NCBI GenBank assembly: GCA_044892525.1
Contig: CM097885.1
Location: forward strand, 24,368,001-24,432,000
DNA: 64,000 bases
Direction: 5' to 3'
Origin: Schmidtea polychroa
Taxonomy: Eukaryota
Shown: piece by piece, positions 35,962-51,489 of the stretch
How the letters are laid out: every line of letters starts with the position of its first letter
How positions within the stretch are numbered: the first letter of the stretch is position 1
Translations under genes and position numbers: made by a program
The notes under the pieces: model-generated
Database searches by the model: none
What the model was told of the DNA's origin: nothing
The model's input: the letters and a program-made list of their open reading frames with translations, nothing else

Positions 35962-38912
35962 CTAAATAAAAATAATAATTTGAGAGTATTGTTATACATA
36001 AAATTAAGTTACAAAATAATAACATATTTACCTCAAGATTAAGTGGGCTATAGTTTAGTGGAAAATTTCAGTAAAATCCAATTTAAAACCAGCAAAGGAC
36101 AACATAAGTCTTCGTTGCAATTTATTTATTAAGTGAGAAAACTTTACGGCAAAGGCTTATTTTGTCATTTACATTTTAAATAATTTATTTATTATTGAGT
36201 TGTAATTATAATTCGGCAGGATAAAAATGCATATCTAACTTCACGCGTCCTTGATCAAAATAAAAACTCAACATATTAGTTTCAATCATTATTTCAGATT
36301 ATACTCGTTCAAATTTTCACTGATATAAATAATCCTTTGTTTGATAATCAGGTCATCCTAAGGAAAACCGCTTAAAGCAATGAAACGAATTTGATTATCT
36401 ATACTGGAAATCATTCAGTAAGAATTAGTTATTTCATATTATTCATGAACTGGTAATAAATCTGAGGGATTCCCAAGGTTTTGAGAGAAGGACAAATTGG
36501 AAGGGAACAGTCGAAAAGTGGCATCGAGCTTAAAAAGCCTTCTTCTCTATCCCCTGAGGACTATACTACTGTCTTAACATTTGACACCATGTAATAGCTC
36601 ACCAAAGATGTGTCTGTCCTATGGTGAGCACTTTTTGCTGATCCATTTAAATATCTGAGTTGTACCAGCGGTCAAAGCTTCAGTTCGGGTCCAAGCAGGA
36701 CAAGATATTTGAGAACGATGAGTGAATTAGATAGTTTAAGCATAAATTCCTGCCTCGGACTGATATGATACATGTAGAATTTTGTCCTATTCGATTTCTT
36801 TTCCAATGTTAAGACATAGATCCACTAGGAATGATTTTGACGATTGTAATTTTTAAAGTGACCGATGCCGATGACGATATGGAATTCAAGTGATAAGAAT
36901 TTTCAAGCAGAAGCGACACAAGGGTTAAATCTCAGAAAAAGCGACCTATAGTTCTGACGGCCTAAATTAAATAATTCGAGGAATTTTTTGAGAAGTCGAT
37001 TGATAGCGCTTTCTGAGTTTAACTCTAACTGGAATGTCAAGATACCCATCATGACGGCCATAGGTCCGATATACTAATAATTCAAATTGATCTACCCGAC
37101 CATACTTCACGGACAACCATAGAAAGGTCTTGACAGCGTAAAGAAAACTAATCGATTCCAATAATTGTTAGGAAGGTCAGACGCGACGAAAATTAGTATG
37201 GTTCGGAAATTTCCTTCTTGCCCACAGGGCACGACTGACATTTAACATTTGAAGACCTAAATCTCCAAACTTCAAAAAAAAATCGACAGATTAGAAGATG
37301 CATGGTTTGCGTCAAAACGCACAAAGGAACTCCAAGAGTGATTACAAAGACTTGGGCGTTGTAGAGTCGGCTTAATCACGGAGAGTCGGGCTCAATGAAT
37401 AGTAATTAATGAAAAGATCCAAGAGCTAATAAGAGCATATACCCGCGTAAAACTACTAACTCAGATATTTTCCTTACTAGAAGCGGAGGACTATCGCAGT
37501 ACCTGAGGCCCCAGAGCATAAGAAAACCAAGAAAGGCAATCCTAGTAAAACTAGTTGGTTAAGAAAATAAACATCTTCAGGTTACCATTCAAAGTTACAA
37601 ATTATACTTAGATTTTTCCTTGCTCCCAAATGTCGTCAAAACTTTGCGGTGATATCAACGACAAATGGAATTCGACCTAGAGGAATTGTTAAAATTTTGA
37701 TCTATCTGTATCATTGTGTCATTCACAAATCTTCACTCGTGTAAGTCTCAGAATGATAACGATAAAAGTAGTTATATTGACCGGGGTCGAGTATTTATTA
37801 ATAATATTATAATAATTCATAATTAAAATTTTATAATTAAATTTATTCCAATAAAAAATGCTAGTTTCACGAATTTTCAATATTCAAACAAATAAATAAT
37901 ACAATAATTTCAATCTCATCGAACTGAGTTGTGATTAAAAGTTAAAAATCAGCTTCATATAATGATAATCAAATATTTAAATATAAATTTCTCCTACTTT
38001 TTAAACTTGGATTTAATGTTTTTTTAATTTTCGTGTCCAGTGAGAATACGTATTCCCACTTTTGTTTTGGCCTAATAAGACCCATAGGAATGCCTTTTCC
38101 CGATATTTACTACTACCGTCATCTAGTATTGATCATTTACATAAAAAAATTAATTAAACAAAAATTTTTTTTATCATATTGTTGGGTTTTGGGTTATTTC
38201 TAGTCGGTTCTCTCTGACTCCTGGTGTTCTTTAAATTAAAACAATGAACGACCCAACGTATATTGAAACAACAAGTTCACAATTTATTATCACGCTACAA
38301 TTACCAATCAAAGTTTTATACGATTCTCCGCTCGGCGTTGATGCTTTGCCAACAAACAATATTCACCTTTTGTTCCTTTAGTTCTCCCGACTCTCTTTTT
38401 CCTCGGTTTCTCTTTGGTTTGATCCCTTTCTGCCTTTCCGTATTCTTAATTCTATTTCTTCTTTTCCCTACTTCCCTAAATTCGTTTTTTACCTCTCGAC
38501 TATTCTCGATTCTTCTTACCCTCCCTGAGGCAAAATGCCGATCTTTATATATTAGATATTAATACATAAGAATGTAAAAGAAAAATGTTAAAAATCCCAA
38601 AATAAATAATTTTGGCACGAAAGGATTAAGTTTTATTTTTTAAATTGTTTTCTTATAAAATCTTCAAGATTATTCAGTTGCGATTTTGTATTTTTAATAG
38701 ATCGAATATTTTCAAATCTCTATCGTTTTCAGTTTTAATCTTTGAAATCCTTTTCACATTTAAACACATTTACTGTTTTTTTTATTCTTGCAAACTATTA
38801 ATGCGTCCCAAGTGGCAGACGAAAGGTTTAAGCTGTAAAAGGTTTATATTATCATTTACTTGTTTAACATGTAAAATTTTATGATAATGAATCGAATTTT
38901 AATTTGACTTAC

Positions 38913-39787
38913 TGAAATTGAAATTTTCGAAATCGTTTTGTAGTTTTCGATTTCTAAATATGTTTTTGGTGGGTAACAAGGAGATTTATGGTAGTCGGGG
39001 TCTTGATAATTTTCTACCACCACAATATCTGACTGATCATTAATTTGAATTACTCTGGAACATTTGATTTTGATTTTTGGGTTCGAGTTCGTTAGCCAGT
39101 TCAGTTCACATCCACAAAACAAAGGATTATTTGAAAAGCTAATTTTTCTAAATTTCAGAACGTATTTCATGGATTCCGACAGTTTTACTATTCTATTTGA
39201 ACTTGCATCTAAATAAGACAGATTTTGAAAGATATACGGAAACATTTTATGAAATCCAATGATTTGATTGTTGTTGATAAATAGCTTTTCAATATTCGCA
39301 TAAAATCCGTTATGGACCAATGGGAAAACACCTTGAATAAGATTGTGACCAATACTGAGCGCTTTGGTGTCTCTAACTAGATGTTTGTAATTTTTCCAGT
39401 CGAAATTAATTCCTATTTCGTTGAAATCTAAATGAATTTCGTCAGCTTTAAGATTTTCGAAAAATTCTGAATTGTCAATGTGGTTACGCATCAACCTCAA
39501 TTCATCAAACTGGAAGAACTTAAAGTAATCTGAACTGAATTTGAGCCTTTTAAAATTGTTATTCCATGTTAAAACCTTTAAGGTTTTATGAACGACAAGT
39601 AAAAATACATGAATGGCAGGAGTTGATATGTTCAAACCCCCAAGATTTATTTCTTCTACTTGATAGCAATTCCTAAGAGAGAACGGAGATACTTTCTTGA
39701 GGTTGGTTAGATGAATGAAAGACAATCGTTTAACGTTCACTGAATTCTTAAAGATATCGTCAGGCACTTCAGAAATATTGAGCTCAG
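38913..39787 (-). CDS. Host LRR-Ig surface protein, large LRR plus LRRCT exon
   Basis: LxxLxLxxN repeats (IEKLFINNNQI, LSYLDASSNRI) and NNPLFCGCELNWL; tag|CT phase-1 acceptor, TCA|gtaagt phase-0 donor. Confidence 0.85.
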
Positions 39788-40929
39788 CTAGAATTTAATG
39801 ATATGATTATATACATAGTTTGGAAACAAATAAAAATAAAGGAAATTGAAAATAAAAACAGATCAATTCTAAAAGTAATAAGCGGCTTTATTAAAAGAAT
39901 TTTAAGAATTTTTAAATGAAAATTATTTTTTTGATGAATTATGGGAGTAATGTGATTCTATTCTAATTGAAATTTTTGAAATTGACAGGGACGGAAAAAT
40001 TTGCAGTGCTTTTCAACTTTCTATATTAACTTCACTTTGTGTGTATGTTTGAATGTTTGTATGAGTCACGCAAATTTTGCGACGGTAAATTAACCCACTT
40101 CCCGTGATCGTATCGAGCTGAAATTTGGCAGATAGATTTGTCATAGGGAAAAATGCATTTTTTTCAAAATTTCATCCTTTTGAATATTTTCAATTTTATT
40201 AATATTTTCAAAATTTCTTTCAAAATATTAATAAAATGTTACTTTCAAAGTAATTTCTAAACTAGTTGATTTTGCGTAATATTAAATATTTCATAGCATT
40301 GAGCACACATATTGAAATTTTAGTTTTGAGAGAATATAAAAGAGTGAGATATAGAGAGTTTTTAAAACTATGTTTTACGGTTAGTTTATATTATTAAAAT
40401 GGGGAATGTCTACGAGTTTGCTACTAAATACGTAATTGTTACTTCATATCATTACGTAAAATTCATTTTTGATATAAATTTATTTTACGCTATAAATTTA
40501 TTATTTTAATTGACAATATAATAAGGTTTTTCGATATTTTCTGAAAATTGACATTTCTCTATCGGATGATGCATCATTTATCAAATTTATTCAAGTATTT
40601 TTTCTATGTATCTATAAGTAGATAATGGAAATCAGGAAATCAAATCTCTTTTTTTTGGTAGACCTGGTTGTATGGAATAAAGTAATCGTTAATACAAGTT
40701 AGTATGTAAACCAATAAATGACTCATAATTTGTCAGCAATTATCTTTTCCCGTTTACCTTCCCAAATTTGTAAATCATAGAGCGAAATCCTAAAAACCTC
40801 CAAAATGAAATTAGTCTACTTTCACAAAAAGCTGGCAGTAGCGGAAATAACGGAACATAAAATATGCAATTCAACCACTAGTTAAATTTGTCAAATGTAA
40901 ATTTAATTTAGTTGCAGTAAAATTTGATG

Positions 40930-41290
40930 TGTCTAAAATAATTGCCAATTAAGGTAAATCTTTGAGTGATGGCGAATACATCAAACTTGAATGTACCCCT
41001 TTTTTGTTTGAGGATTTCTCAAATAAAGATAAAATTTTAAAGCGTATGAAAGACATGGTAGCCAGTCGAAATACTGTTAAAGAGTGAAACTGATGTCACT
41101 AATTTTCAATTTGCTTTGACGAAAATACGGATGATGCGTTATCCGCCGAATTAGCGATCATTGCTTAGTATCTTAAAGATTGTGAAATATGAGTTGAACT
41201 TTTGAAAATAGGCAGATATTCCTTAAACTACTACAGAAGCCTGCATATGCAGGTCAGCTGTAAAGGTACTTTCTGACAAAGAAACCTATT
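40930..41290 (+). pseudogene. Decayed hAT transposase fragment (GTF2IRD2/SPIN-like group)
   Basis: Pieces translate as GKSLSDGEYIK, ASRNTVKE and FSICFDENTDDALSAELAIIA*Y, with stops and frameshifts. Confidence 0.7.
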
Positions 41291-41539
41291 TAACAGGTCA
41301 GCAGAAAAATCATTTAGTAGAAAAATTCAGTGTCGGCTGGGAGAAGATTTTTGTAAACAAAGGCTTCAAAACTGTTTTAGTTAACGGTACACGTTGGAAT
41401 GTGAGATGTTGTATACTTCTAAAATGTTAGAAGGCTATAATGTAACAATCGGATTGAATATCCATGCTCGGCCGGATCAGAGTATCTGAGTCAACAACAT
41501 TTGGTTCCTAACAAAGAGCCTGTGCTAGTTTTGAACCAA

Positions 41540-41910
41540 TTTTTATTGAGAAAAATAATTTCAATGCAAAAAATTGATAAACACTGGGAATTGAAATGCG
41601 CTTGGTGGATTTAGTTCCTGTAAATCTTCCAAATATTCAATATAAAGCAATCGAAGATGATGATGCATGGAAGATAATTTAAGATTGGATGAATAAAAAA
41701 TGGTTAATTCAGAAGTGAGAAAAAGAAATTGAAAATGAGAATAAAATAACAATATCAATAAAATTAAACAATGAAATACGACAATGGCATTTTTAATTAA
41801 CAAGTACAATTTGAAAAATAATTCCAAAAACAAAACCAAATTGAGACTAAATTTGTCAGAGATAACAATCGAACCACCAGAAAAAGCGGGAAAATAAAAA
41901 GAAAAATAAT
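41540..41910 (+). repeat. Dispersed repeat with a diverged inverted copy at about 45350-45780
   Basis: Shared ATCAATAAAATTAAACA(A/G)TGAAATACGAC...TAATTAACAAGTACAA; family not identified. Confidence 0.6.
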
Positions 41911-43111
41911 TGTATTGCTCGAAATCTACCAGAGATATAAGTAATTAAAGATGACCTAAAGGAATGTGCTGGAAGTAGTAATTTTAAAAAATTCTCATCT
42001 GTAAATATCATTAAATGGGAGGAAGAAAGTGACACGCAACTTGGATTAAGTGATACAATATTAAAAAGAAAAAGATGGACGAGTAATCATAATTTAAACT
42101 AAACGCAAAGGCAAAGATAAAATAATTAAGAAATTATCGAAGAAAATAGTCTGGTAGGAAAAGAAATTTAAAACAACTTATTAAAATTATTATCGAGTAA
42201 TTTCAAGTTAAAAGCAGGAAAGTAACTATATCGATTCAATTAATTGTTGGAATCAAAGACGGTAGTTAAGAGGCTGTAAATTTCAAGTTGTGTTACAGAC
42301 GTGATATTTCTCCCGAAAGGCTGTAATAACCAATAAAGTTATTGTTGTAATATCGAATTATTTTATGTCGTTATAAATTGATAATCAATTGTGGTGATCA
42401 ATTAAAGTTTATATGATTTGAAATTCGTTATTGTTGTCAATAAAGGCACGATTTAGGATCAGATCAGTAATTGTTAATTTTATATTTCACCTACAACCCC
42501 AACACTTTTATATCTACAACAATTTTCTGGCACAGAAAAATAGTCTTTGTTTATAACAATAAAAAAAGTTCCCCATTCGTGGTAGTAGTAGCTTAAAGTG
42601 AAATTCAGTACCAATTTCTCCATCCATTTGGCATACTAAGTAAAGTTATTATAGTTATCTAAAATTAAGTAGGCTTCTAAAATGTTTATATTGGATTTTC
42701 TAAGATAAATGGTGAAAAATATTATCACAATAATGTTTATGTAGGTGGACTATATGTTTATATAATATATTGTAGGTAAATGTAAATAAATGATAACGAC
42801 TAGCAATAAAAACTTAACAAAAAAATGACGAAGTGAACTATGGGTTTGTTTTTGTATTTATTTTTAATTCCCTTAATTATTAGAATTTGCCAAAATTTTA
42901 TATCTTAAGTGGGTAAACATTTTATTTTTCTCCTCTATCTTTCACATTAACCGGTTTATTTGTTTATATTTATTACAACATCTTTCAACTTATAAATTAA
43001 ATAATATTACTCAATCAAATTGAAGGAAAATAATTAAAAAATTGACAGATTTAAAAATTTTTATTTGTAAAAATATTTTAATTTTTTAATTACTTTTTAA
43101 ATAAAGACAGT

Positions 43112-43165
43112 CAGAGCCGGCTACTTGCATAGGCGATATAGACAGTCGCATAGGGCGCCAAATTT
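43112..43165 (+). mobile_element. Isolated hAT-type left end related to 6192
   Basis: CAGAGCCGG..GCATAGGCGA..GCATAGGGCGCC vs CAGGCCCGG..GCATAGGCGA..GCCTAGGGCGCC; no matching right end found. Confidence 0.55.
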
Positions 43166-43683
43166 TAGAAACAAAAATACAAATTTTAAACCACTTATAG
43201 CTAGGGTTCCCAAATGAGAACTATTAGAAATAGTTATATATCCTATACAATATTTTTAAATGGGCGTCAAAAATATCGACAAATGATAAATTTTTAACTT
43301 TTTATTTTTGTTTAATATTTATTTCACAGATTTAATTGTTTTTCTTGTAGGTTTAATACTTTGTTTATAAAACTTTTGTCATCTGACGTAATTTGATATC
43401 TAAAGGATTAAAAAATATATACCAAATGGATCAAATTGTTAATAAGTTATATACTATTTCTGGAATCATCAAAATCTCGAATCACTCTTTGTTCTGTATG
43501 TGTATGTTTACCCTATATTTATCTTTCTCTATCATGTAGTATTTCAGTCTTAAGATTTTTAATGTTCTCTCATCTTCTAACACAATCTTTCAACATTATT
43601 TTAAAAGAATATAGAACATTATAAATTAAATGTTTCGAAGAATTGTCTGTCATTATATTTTGAATTGTTGGCGTAAAACTTAC

Positions 43684-43738
43684 AGTTGGGAACCTTTTTC
43701 AACCTTTCCAATTCAATCTTGACATTTTCCAATTCAAA
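43684..43738 (-). CDS. Candidate 55-nt internal exon of the host LRR-Ig gene
   Basis: tag|FELENVKIELERLKKVPN T|gtaag; the phase-1 donor fits the acceptor at 39787. Confidence 0.5.
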
Positions 43739-43923
43739 CTACATATTTTAAATAACGCATAAAATCAAATCTAATAATTTTTTCTTTGAGTAATGCTTTT
43801 AATAATTTAATAAATGAGAAATTATATGATATATAGAATGGTAAATATGAAGGTTAAAAAGTAAAACATAAAAAATGAAAATATACGAAATGTTAATACG
43901 AAATTCGTAATAATTTCCAAATA

Positions 43924-44487
43924 CCGTATTTTTCGGACCATAAGACGCACCGGGTTATAAGGCGCACAAATTAAATGACAGAAAAATCCGATGAGTCAAA
44001 CTTTATTCAACTCTATTCAACTCTTTCACAATAACTCTCGACATTGTTCAGTGTTATAGACATAAAATGCAAAACAATACACTGACATCTTTGGTTTATT
44101 CTATTCCTCTACCAAAATAATGATATGTTAACAATATATTAATTATTTTTAACTTTCGGAATAAAAAACGCAATAAAAAATTTGCATGTATTTTATATTG
44201 TGTGTGCTGTGTTTGTATGTAAAATTATTTTTCTGTCACTTTCTTAATTTTTATATAAAAACTTCAACTTTCGGAACATTAAATTTTTACACACAAGTAA
44301 GTTTGTGTGTTCCTATATTATAATTTTATCGATTTATTTTAGATTATCGAAACTTTTATATTTTGGGTTTAGGTGTAAAATGGTTCTAGGTCAAAAAACC
44401 AGAAAGCACAACCATACATAAGGCGCACTGGGGATTTTTGAGAAAATGAAAAGATATTTAGTGCGCCTTATGGTCCGAAAAATACCG
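43924..44487. mobile_element. Non-autonomous Tc1/mariner-pogo-type element (564 bp)
   Basis: TIRs CCGTATTTTTCGGACCATAAGACGCAC / GTGCGCCTTATGGTCCGAAAAATACCG, TA on both sides, no ORF. Confidence 0.82.
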
Positions 44488-46033
44488 TAACTTGATTAGA
44501 TAAATTTTTTTGCGATACTTTAAATATTTGAGAGAAGTAAAATATTTTTCGAAGTATGAGCTGCTGGTTCCCGATTCCTGGTGTAAATATTTCATTTCTT
44601 GTTCAGACTTGCTAGCATCATGTATTTTATCATCATGGGAAATTTCTTTAATATTTTGTGTTGGAGTGAGCAGGTCGAAATATTTTCATTTAGTAAACAA
44701 TGCGGAAATGCTTACCTATTTATTTGAATTATGTATACAATCAATATTAATTTCAAATTTTAAAAAAATCGTGTTATAATAGTTTAATCATAGTATGAAA
44801 ATGTAAAGAACAAGATAGATTCACAATAAATGGATGCAACAAGTCAAGGAAATATCTCGGACTTTTGTTGATGTTGGCTAAATGTAAGCCATTCTAAGTT
44901 ATGTTGTCTGTGGACGGCACTGGGAAACGAAAAATTAATATTAAATACTTTTGAGTTGCATTAAAAAGCGCAAATAAATTTAGAAGTGCAAAAATCCAAA
45001 TCCAAAGCAGGTAAAACTCATTTTTAAAATTAGAATAAAATTTATTAAAAAGTTATTTAAAATTAAAATCAATATTGTTGGGTTATTACATTTAAAATCA
45101 TTACTGACTATGAAAATTATAAATTTATATGCGCAAGCAGTTGCACAAGAAACACATTTTAATGCAGTAAAACACAAAAAGATGGCCGAAAAAAACACAA
45201 AATAGCAAAAAATATCAGCTTACTCAAGAGGTAAGACTGATATCGAAAGTGGTTTCTCAATCAATCAGGAAAATAAAGAACATAAGAAATTAAAAGCAGA
45301 AAACCAATAATTAAAACAAAAAAAATAAAAAAGACCAATCAGATTTATTAGAATTACTTTTTCCGACTTTCCCGGTGGTCTACTCTTTATTTCTCCTACA
45401 CGTGTCTAGTTAAAGCAATCCCATTCGCAATTTTGTTGTTTGTTTTGTTTTCTCTTTTCAATTTGTACTTGTTAATTACTAACGACTTAGTCGTATTTCA
45501 CTGTTTAATTTTATTGATTTTTTGCCATTTCCGTTTCATTTTTTTATTTCTTACCCTTGCTGCTGCTTCACGGAATTCTGGAGCAATATACTCTTTATTT
45601 TATACCTTCTCCCCTCATTTTGCTCACTCAAATAATTATTTAATTTTATTATTTAGGTATCCTCAACATTACTTTCTTGTAACTCTTCATATTATCGTAT
45701 TTCTTCAATTTAATATTTATTTCTCAAACTATTCAATATTTTCTTTCGAATCCTTCTGCAAACATTGACCCCCTAGTAATCTGAAAGTGAAAATTTCATA
45801 AAAGAATTGAACTGATATTTTTCAATAATTATAAATACCAACCCAAATAAACTTCTCTTAAGTAAGATAAATTTTGAAATGTTGATGCAGGTAATTCATT
45901 GATCCGGCACTTTGAGATCGAAATAAACACAAGATTTGAAAATCTCTGGAAATCGAAAATTTGCTCAATTTTGTTGGAATAATTGCATTTAATTATTAGA
46001 TAATTAATGCTTGGTGGAATATCTAATCAATTA

Positions 46034-46138
<105 letters not shown>

Positions 46139-49100
46139 AATTATGTAAAATGTTTATGTATTTCTCTGCACTCTACAAAAGAACATGTACCAGTCTTCTC
46201 TGTCACTTGAAATTTAAATTTTAAATTCCATTTTAACATATTTAATTTGATAAAATTCTGAATTGAATTTTATCTTTATTTTATTCCGCAATGATTGACA
46301 GTGACAAAAGTGCAATATTACAGCAAATGTATAATTCATATTTTCTAGAAATATTTGAACAATTTCCTAGTGGTATTGACAATAAAAGTTTTTTCAATTA
46401 AATATTTAAATAAATCAAAATTAATATTTTCAATTTTATTGTTTTCACAGTTGTTTGAATTATGTTGTAAATTTAAACTCTTTATAATATTTATCTTTTA
46501 TTTTTACTTTTGATCTCCTTTTTAATTCAATAATTTTCATATAAATATTTGTAAGACTAGATCAAATCAATAAATAAGGTGCACGATATTGTTATGATAT
46601 ATAGTCTGATAAATCTTAATAATAATTGGAATAAAATTTTGTGAAATTTCGATTTTTATGATTGTTTTAGGAATATTTGTCTATTTTAATTATCATTGCA
46701 TGAGGATTACACAAATTTCCTGGCAGTTACTATAAGAAAATTCTAGGAAAAATTTAGATTTGAGCATACCCATTCGAAATTCGACTCAGTAAATTATGTT
46801 TATATAGTTGTAAATTTAATTGCGTTTTCAATGAGATGCTAACATATGAAATTATGGAGTCCTTAGTACAGTTTTGAAAGTTTATATTATTTTTAAAACG
46901 AGAGTCAAAATGAGGAACATGTTGTTCCTATCCAAAATATTAAATGCACTTGTAAATATAATTACTGTTTTTCAGTACAGGCTCTCTTCGCATCCGGGCA
47001 CCATATGCAAAGAGCCCCAAAAATTACGTTTTAATAATGTAAAAATTTGCTTTTATGAAAATGAGAAAAATTAATTCATTTTATTATTATTTAAATTTTT
47101 TATGAATATATATTATTATATGTGTACTTTTTATTCTTGAAAATAAAATGCTATATATTATGATGGTACTCATATTCTAGTATTTTCTATTACCTTTTTT
47201 ATAGTTTCTAATGAAAATATATTGCGTCAACAAATTCTTTAAGAGTGCTAAATTGGTATAATAATTATCTGTCCATTATTGAGCATCACCGTTATTTGTT
47301 TATCTACATCAATTCATAACTACTGTCAATTATTATCGAAATTGAAATCTTAATTAATAAATTACCAAATAATTAAATCTAAATCAAGTCATCAAGAGAT
47401 TATTTCAGTTCCGGTTTTGGATGTTTATCTGTCCGAATCTTTGATGAAATAGCCTGTTTGCAAATTTATTGACTATTTAACACATTTGATTTGTTTACTG
47501 ATTGTGACATTGCATTTTTCATAGATTTCATCTCTGTAAAATGTGTATTTTAGAATTTATTTTATTTTTTATGTGACTGTAAAACGGGCCGAGCCAGATA
47601 AGGATCGACTCTACATGAAATTTAGCAAGCAATATCGACAAATGTAAACACTATTTTTTGATAATTCAGTTCAGAAACGTTGTTGTATTATTAATAGAGT
47701 TTCAGTAGGAAAAGAACTCTCGATCTGACTTCTCATTTTCAGTCGGAAATCAGTTTAATCCCAACAAAACAGAACTTTATTTATTGATCACAAGAAATGC
47801 ACTTTATTAACAATTTTCACTGTCCAATGACGTGTAAAACGTCCCTTGAATCAATTGAGTTGCAATCTGAATGCTTAATTGTTTATTACTTCTCTCCACT
47901 CTGGTTAATCATTTTTAAATTTTTCTTCTATCCGGTAGAATGGAGAATTTTTAATTTATATGAATGTTGGTGTAATTTATAAAACCATAAAATAAAATGG
48001 ACGTAGAACAAAAATCAATAAAAACACTAAAATAACAAAAGTACAAAAAATTTATAAAATGTAAAAATTAATATTAATCGGGGCGAAATGGGTATAATTG
48101 AACGCGAAATCATGAGACAAATCCAGAAACAGTAATAAAAATTTAGTCAGGAGTCCATAGAGAAAGTTATAATGAAATAACAAACTAATTAAAATTTAAT
48201 TCGCTAATGGAAAGCCCAAGACAATGGGAAACAACCCGCAGAGCACTGAGCTCCGTCTAATTAGAAGGTGAAGCGAATTCGACCGAGCGACCGTTAAGGA
48301 AGGAAATTGGCAGGTTAACAAATAATCCCTTATAGAAGATTAAAATAACAGGTAACCAATGAGTTAGACTCTAACTGTTAGAGGAATGTCGGTAATCTCC
48401 ACAAGAATTAAAATAACGGTTGGGTAAATGCCGATAATTATTGGGCAAATGTCGGTAATCCCTGGAGCAATTAATGTTAAATTGATAATGCCTTTTAGAA
48501 AAGTATAAAAGGAAAAGATTAAAAGAGACGAGTAGCCAATTGGTCGAAGACACAAAATTAACGAGGATTTATAGCAAGGCTATTCGATTTGCGACGCGCG
48601 GGATTAATTTGTCCCGTGAAGACCTAATAACTCGCACGTGGACTTATGCCAAAATTTTAAGGATTTTTTAAATCTATGTTTTTATTATTAGAATTATAAT
48701 TATTAGAAGCTTATATCTATAATATATATTTTTTCATTTTTTCCCATTTTGCACATTGATTAAATTATATCATTTACATTTATAATTCACTTTTAAAAGC
48801 TTCCAAAATGCACTGTTGTGCATGTATCATTTTAAAAAATTTATTGGATGTGCTCATCAGTCCACCTCCCAGAACCCCTCTTCTGAGCCTCTAACCCGCC
48901 ATCATCTACATATTTCTCTAGTTTGGCCCTCAACTAAATCTAATTAAATAATTCTTATCTATAGGTTTGTCTTGAATAATAAATGAAATTAATAAATTTA
49001 TTTATTTTATTGTTATAATCCTTTTCTAGGGACCTCCAATCATTTTAAAATTATTTTAGACCCCCGGTTACCACTCTTACCCTCGAAAAATATTTTATCA

Positions 49101-51228
49101 TTACATTTTTGATTATTTAATAATTTTTTTATTAATTTCTAATAATTTCCATTTTTTTATTTTATTTTATACATTTTTGTGCAACCTCAGCAATATTAAA
49201 TATAAATAAAGAAATACTAAATTTATTGTTATTTATCTGCAGCTGGTTCAAAAAGGTGAACGTTACTGAACATTGCTAAGAAAAAAAAATTATCTGATAC
49301 CGAATTGTATTATTCAGAGATTTTGTCTTTCACAAGGGAAAATAATTTTTCTCGAAGTTGTGTTATAAAGAACGCAATGCACTGTAGTTTTCTCCCTTGA
49401 ATTTTGTATAAATTATGTGTTCTAGATGTAAGGATTAGATTGAAAAATCACATTTAAAAGGACAAATTTTCTCAAATAAATGATAAAAATGTTTTTCATT
49501 CACAAATATTAAAATGTAAAAGAAATTGAATTTTATCTCCATTGAAAACAGCGACCAGTAATTTTTTTCATTTCTACGACGAAAATTTGTGTCTAGATTA
49601 AATTAAATTTTATTTTAATTGAATAAATAGTATTTTTGATAAGCAGTGAAAATCAGATTAAAGATTTTATGAAGATATATTTTCCATAAAAAACTTCTTA
49701 AACTTTCAAAAAAATACATTTCCTACTTTTCAACTTTTATTAAAAATCAGAATTAAAAATAATTATTTTCAAAGTTTTTTGCTTAAAATATTTTTACAGT
49801 GAACAAAAATCTTCTCAAGCTTCCCAACAACTTCAATCAGGATTGGTCAGAAATGTTTGGTCGATAGTTTTCAATGAAGAGAAAAAAAATTGAAATTAAA
49901 AATAGTCGAGCAATGGTGATTATTAAAAAAAATACAATTCAACTAGAATTAGAAAAAATATCATTCTACAAAACGCTTGTTTATTACATGGACTGATCAG
50001 GTCCGACTTTGTTACAAACACATCAAAAACATTTAATGCAATTAAAACAGTGAATTTGGGGGATCTGCATTTGTAGTAGTAAAATTTGATAATTTCACAA
50101 GTAACCATAAAATTATGTAACGATTAAAACAAATTAAAATTTTTGTCAATGATTCACATCAGCATCTAATGGATTTATTCTTAAAACAGATGATTTATTA
50201 AAATTCTCCAATAAATAGTTTATATTTCATGTAAGAATTTTTAATAAATTTTTCATGTAATTTTTCATTTATTTTTTGTGATAATTTTATTATTTATTTT
50301 ACAAAAATTTTATTAATTTCTAAAATTTTAAAAATAAAATGGAACAGAATTTTTGTTTCGTTTTAACAAGAGGAGAGGTCCTAATTATATGAGGACAACT
50401 GGTAATTCTGTGAGGTTATTTATAAATAAAGTTTTCAATAGGAAAATCTCGATATCTGACTCCTACTAAAATAAAAAAATTGCCAATTGAAACTTTTTTT
50501 CTTAATCCAACTGCAAACAAATTTCATGGACAACTTTTCTCGATAAAAGAATGACCTAAAGTTTATATTTTTGATGAATAAAATTTCGAATTCTTCTAAT
50601 TTTTTCATTTCGTTCACTTTTGATGCTTCGACAAGTATGAAAATGTGTGGGAAATTCTCCAGCTTTGGCAAATTTTCCAATTATAACAGCTATTTTGATG
50701 GGCTGTAACCCTTGTTCTCTGGTTTACCCGACTGGCTAAATTAATTTGTCATTTTGAATTTCTGATAGTCTTCAAAACTAATTTTTGTTTACCCAATTAC
50801 AATGAATAATGCCCATAACTCATTTTCTAATTAATTAAATTTATTTATTTATTTTTTGTATATTTAATTTCCTACTTATCCTCATTATTCGTCATCAATT
50901 TAACTACTTTTTCATTTTTACTGCAATTAATTAATTTTTAATCAATTTTGATTAATTGTGTAAAATCTTCACAAAATGATGTTGTCTGTCCTCTTTCTAA
51001 TTGTTGTCTTTTGTGAATAAAGTTTCGAATTTTCTTAAATAAACTCCGAAAATTAATCATTTTAAGATTTACGATAATATTTTCTCATAAAAGTTGGAAG
51101 GTTTTTCTAATAATATAAATCTTTAAATGATGTCAAACCTTTGGTTATAGCTTTTATTGACGAAAAAAGTTAACTGTTATCACTTTCTTGAAGTTCCGAG
51201 TGTTATTATTTATTATTTATTATTATTA

Positions 51229-51365
<137 letters not shown>

Positions 51366-51388
51366 ATTATTATTATTATTATTATTAA

Positions 51389-51442
<54 letters not shown>

Positions 51443-51489
51443 TAATGTGCCATTGGTTGAAATAATTGAATTATGTTGCTTGTTATGGA

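Noticed and set aside
36330..37790. Higher-GC intronic block, possibly a decayed retroelement
   Set aside because: No recognisable protein motif in the frames I could read; left unannotated.
40010..40150. Helentron/DINE-like non-autonomous repeat signature (TGTATGTT tract, GAGCTGAAATTTGG)
   Set aside because: Resemblance only; boundaries and hallmark hairpin not established.
41441..42297. Possible solo LTR (TGTAACA...TGTTACA)
   Set aside because: Flanks (TATAA / GACGT) show no TSD; no PBS, PPT or partner LTR seen.
50435..50680. LENLPKL-containing ORF (and 53855-54075) as further LRR exons
   Set aside because: Could not find stop-free, phase-compatible splice boundaries.
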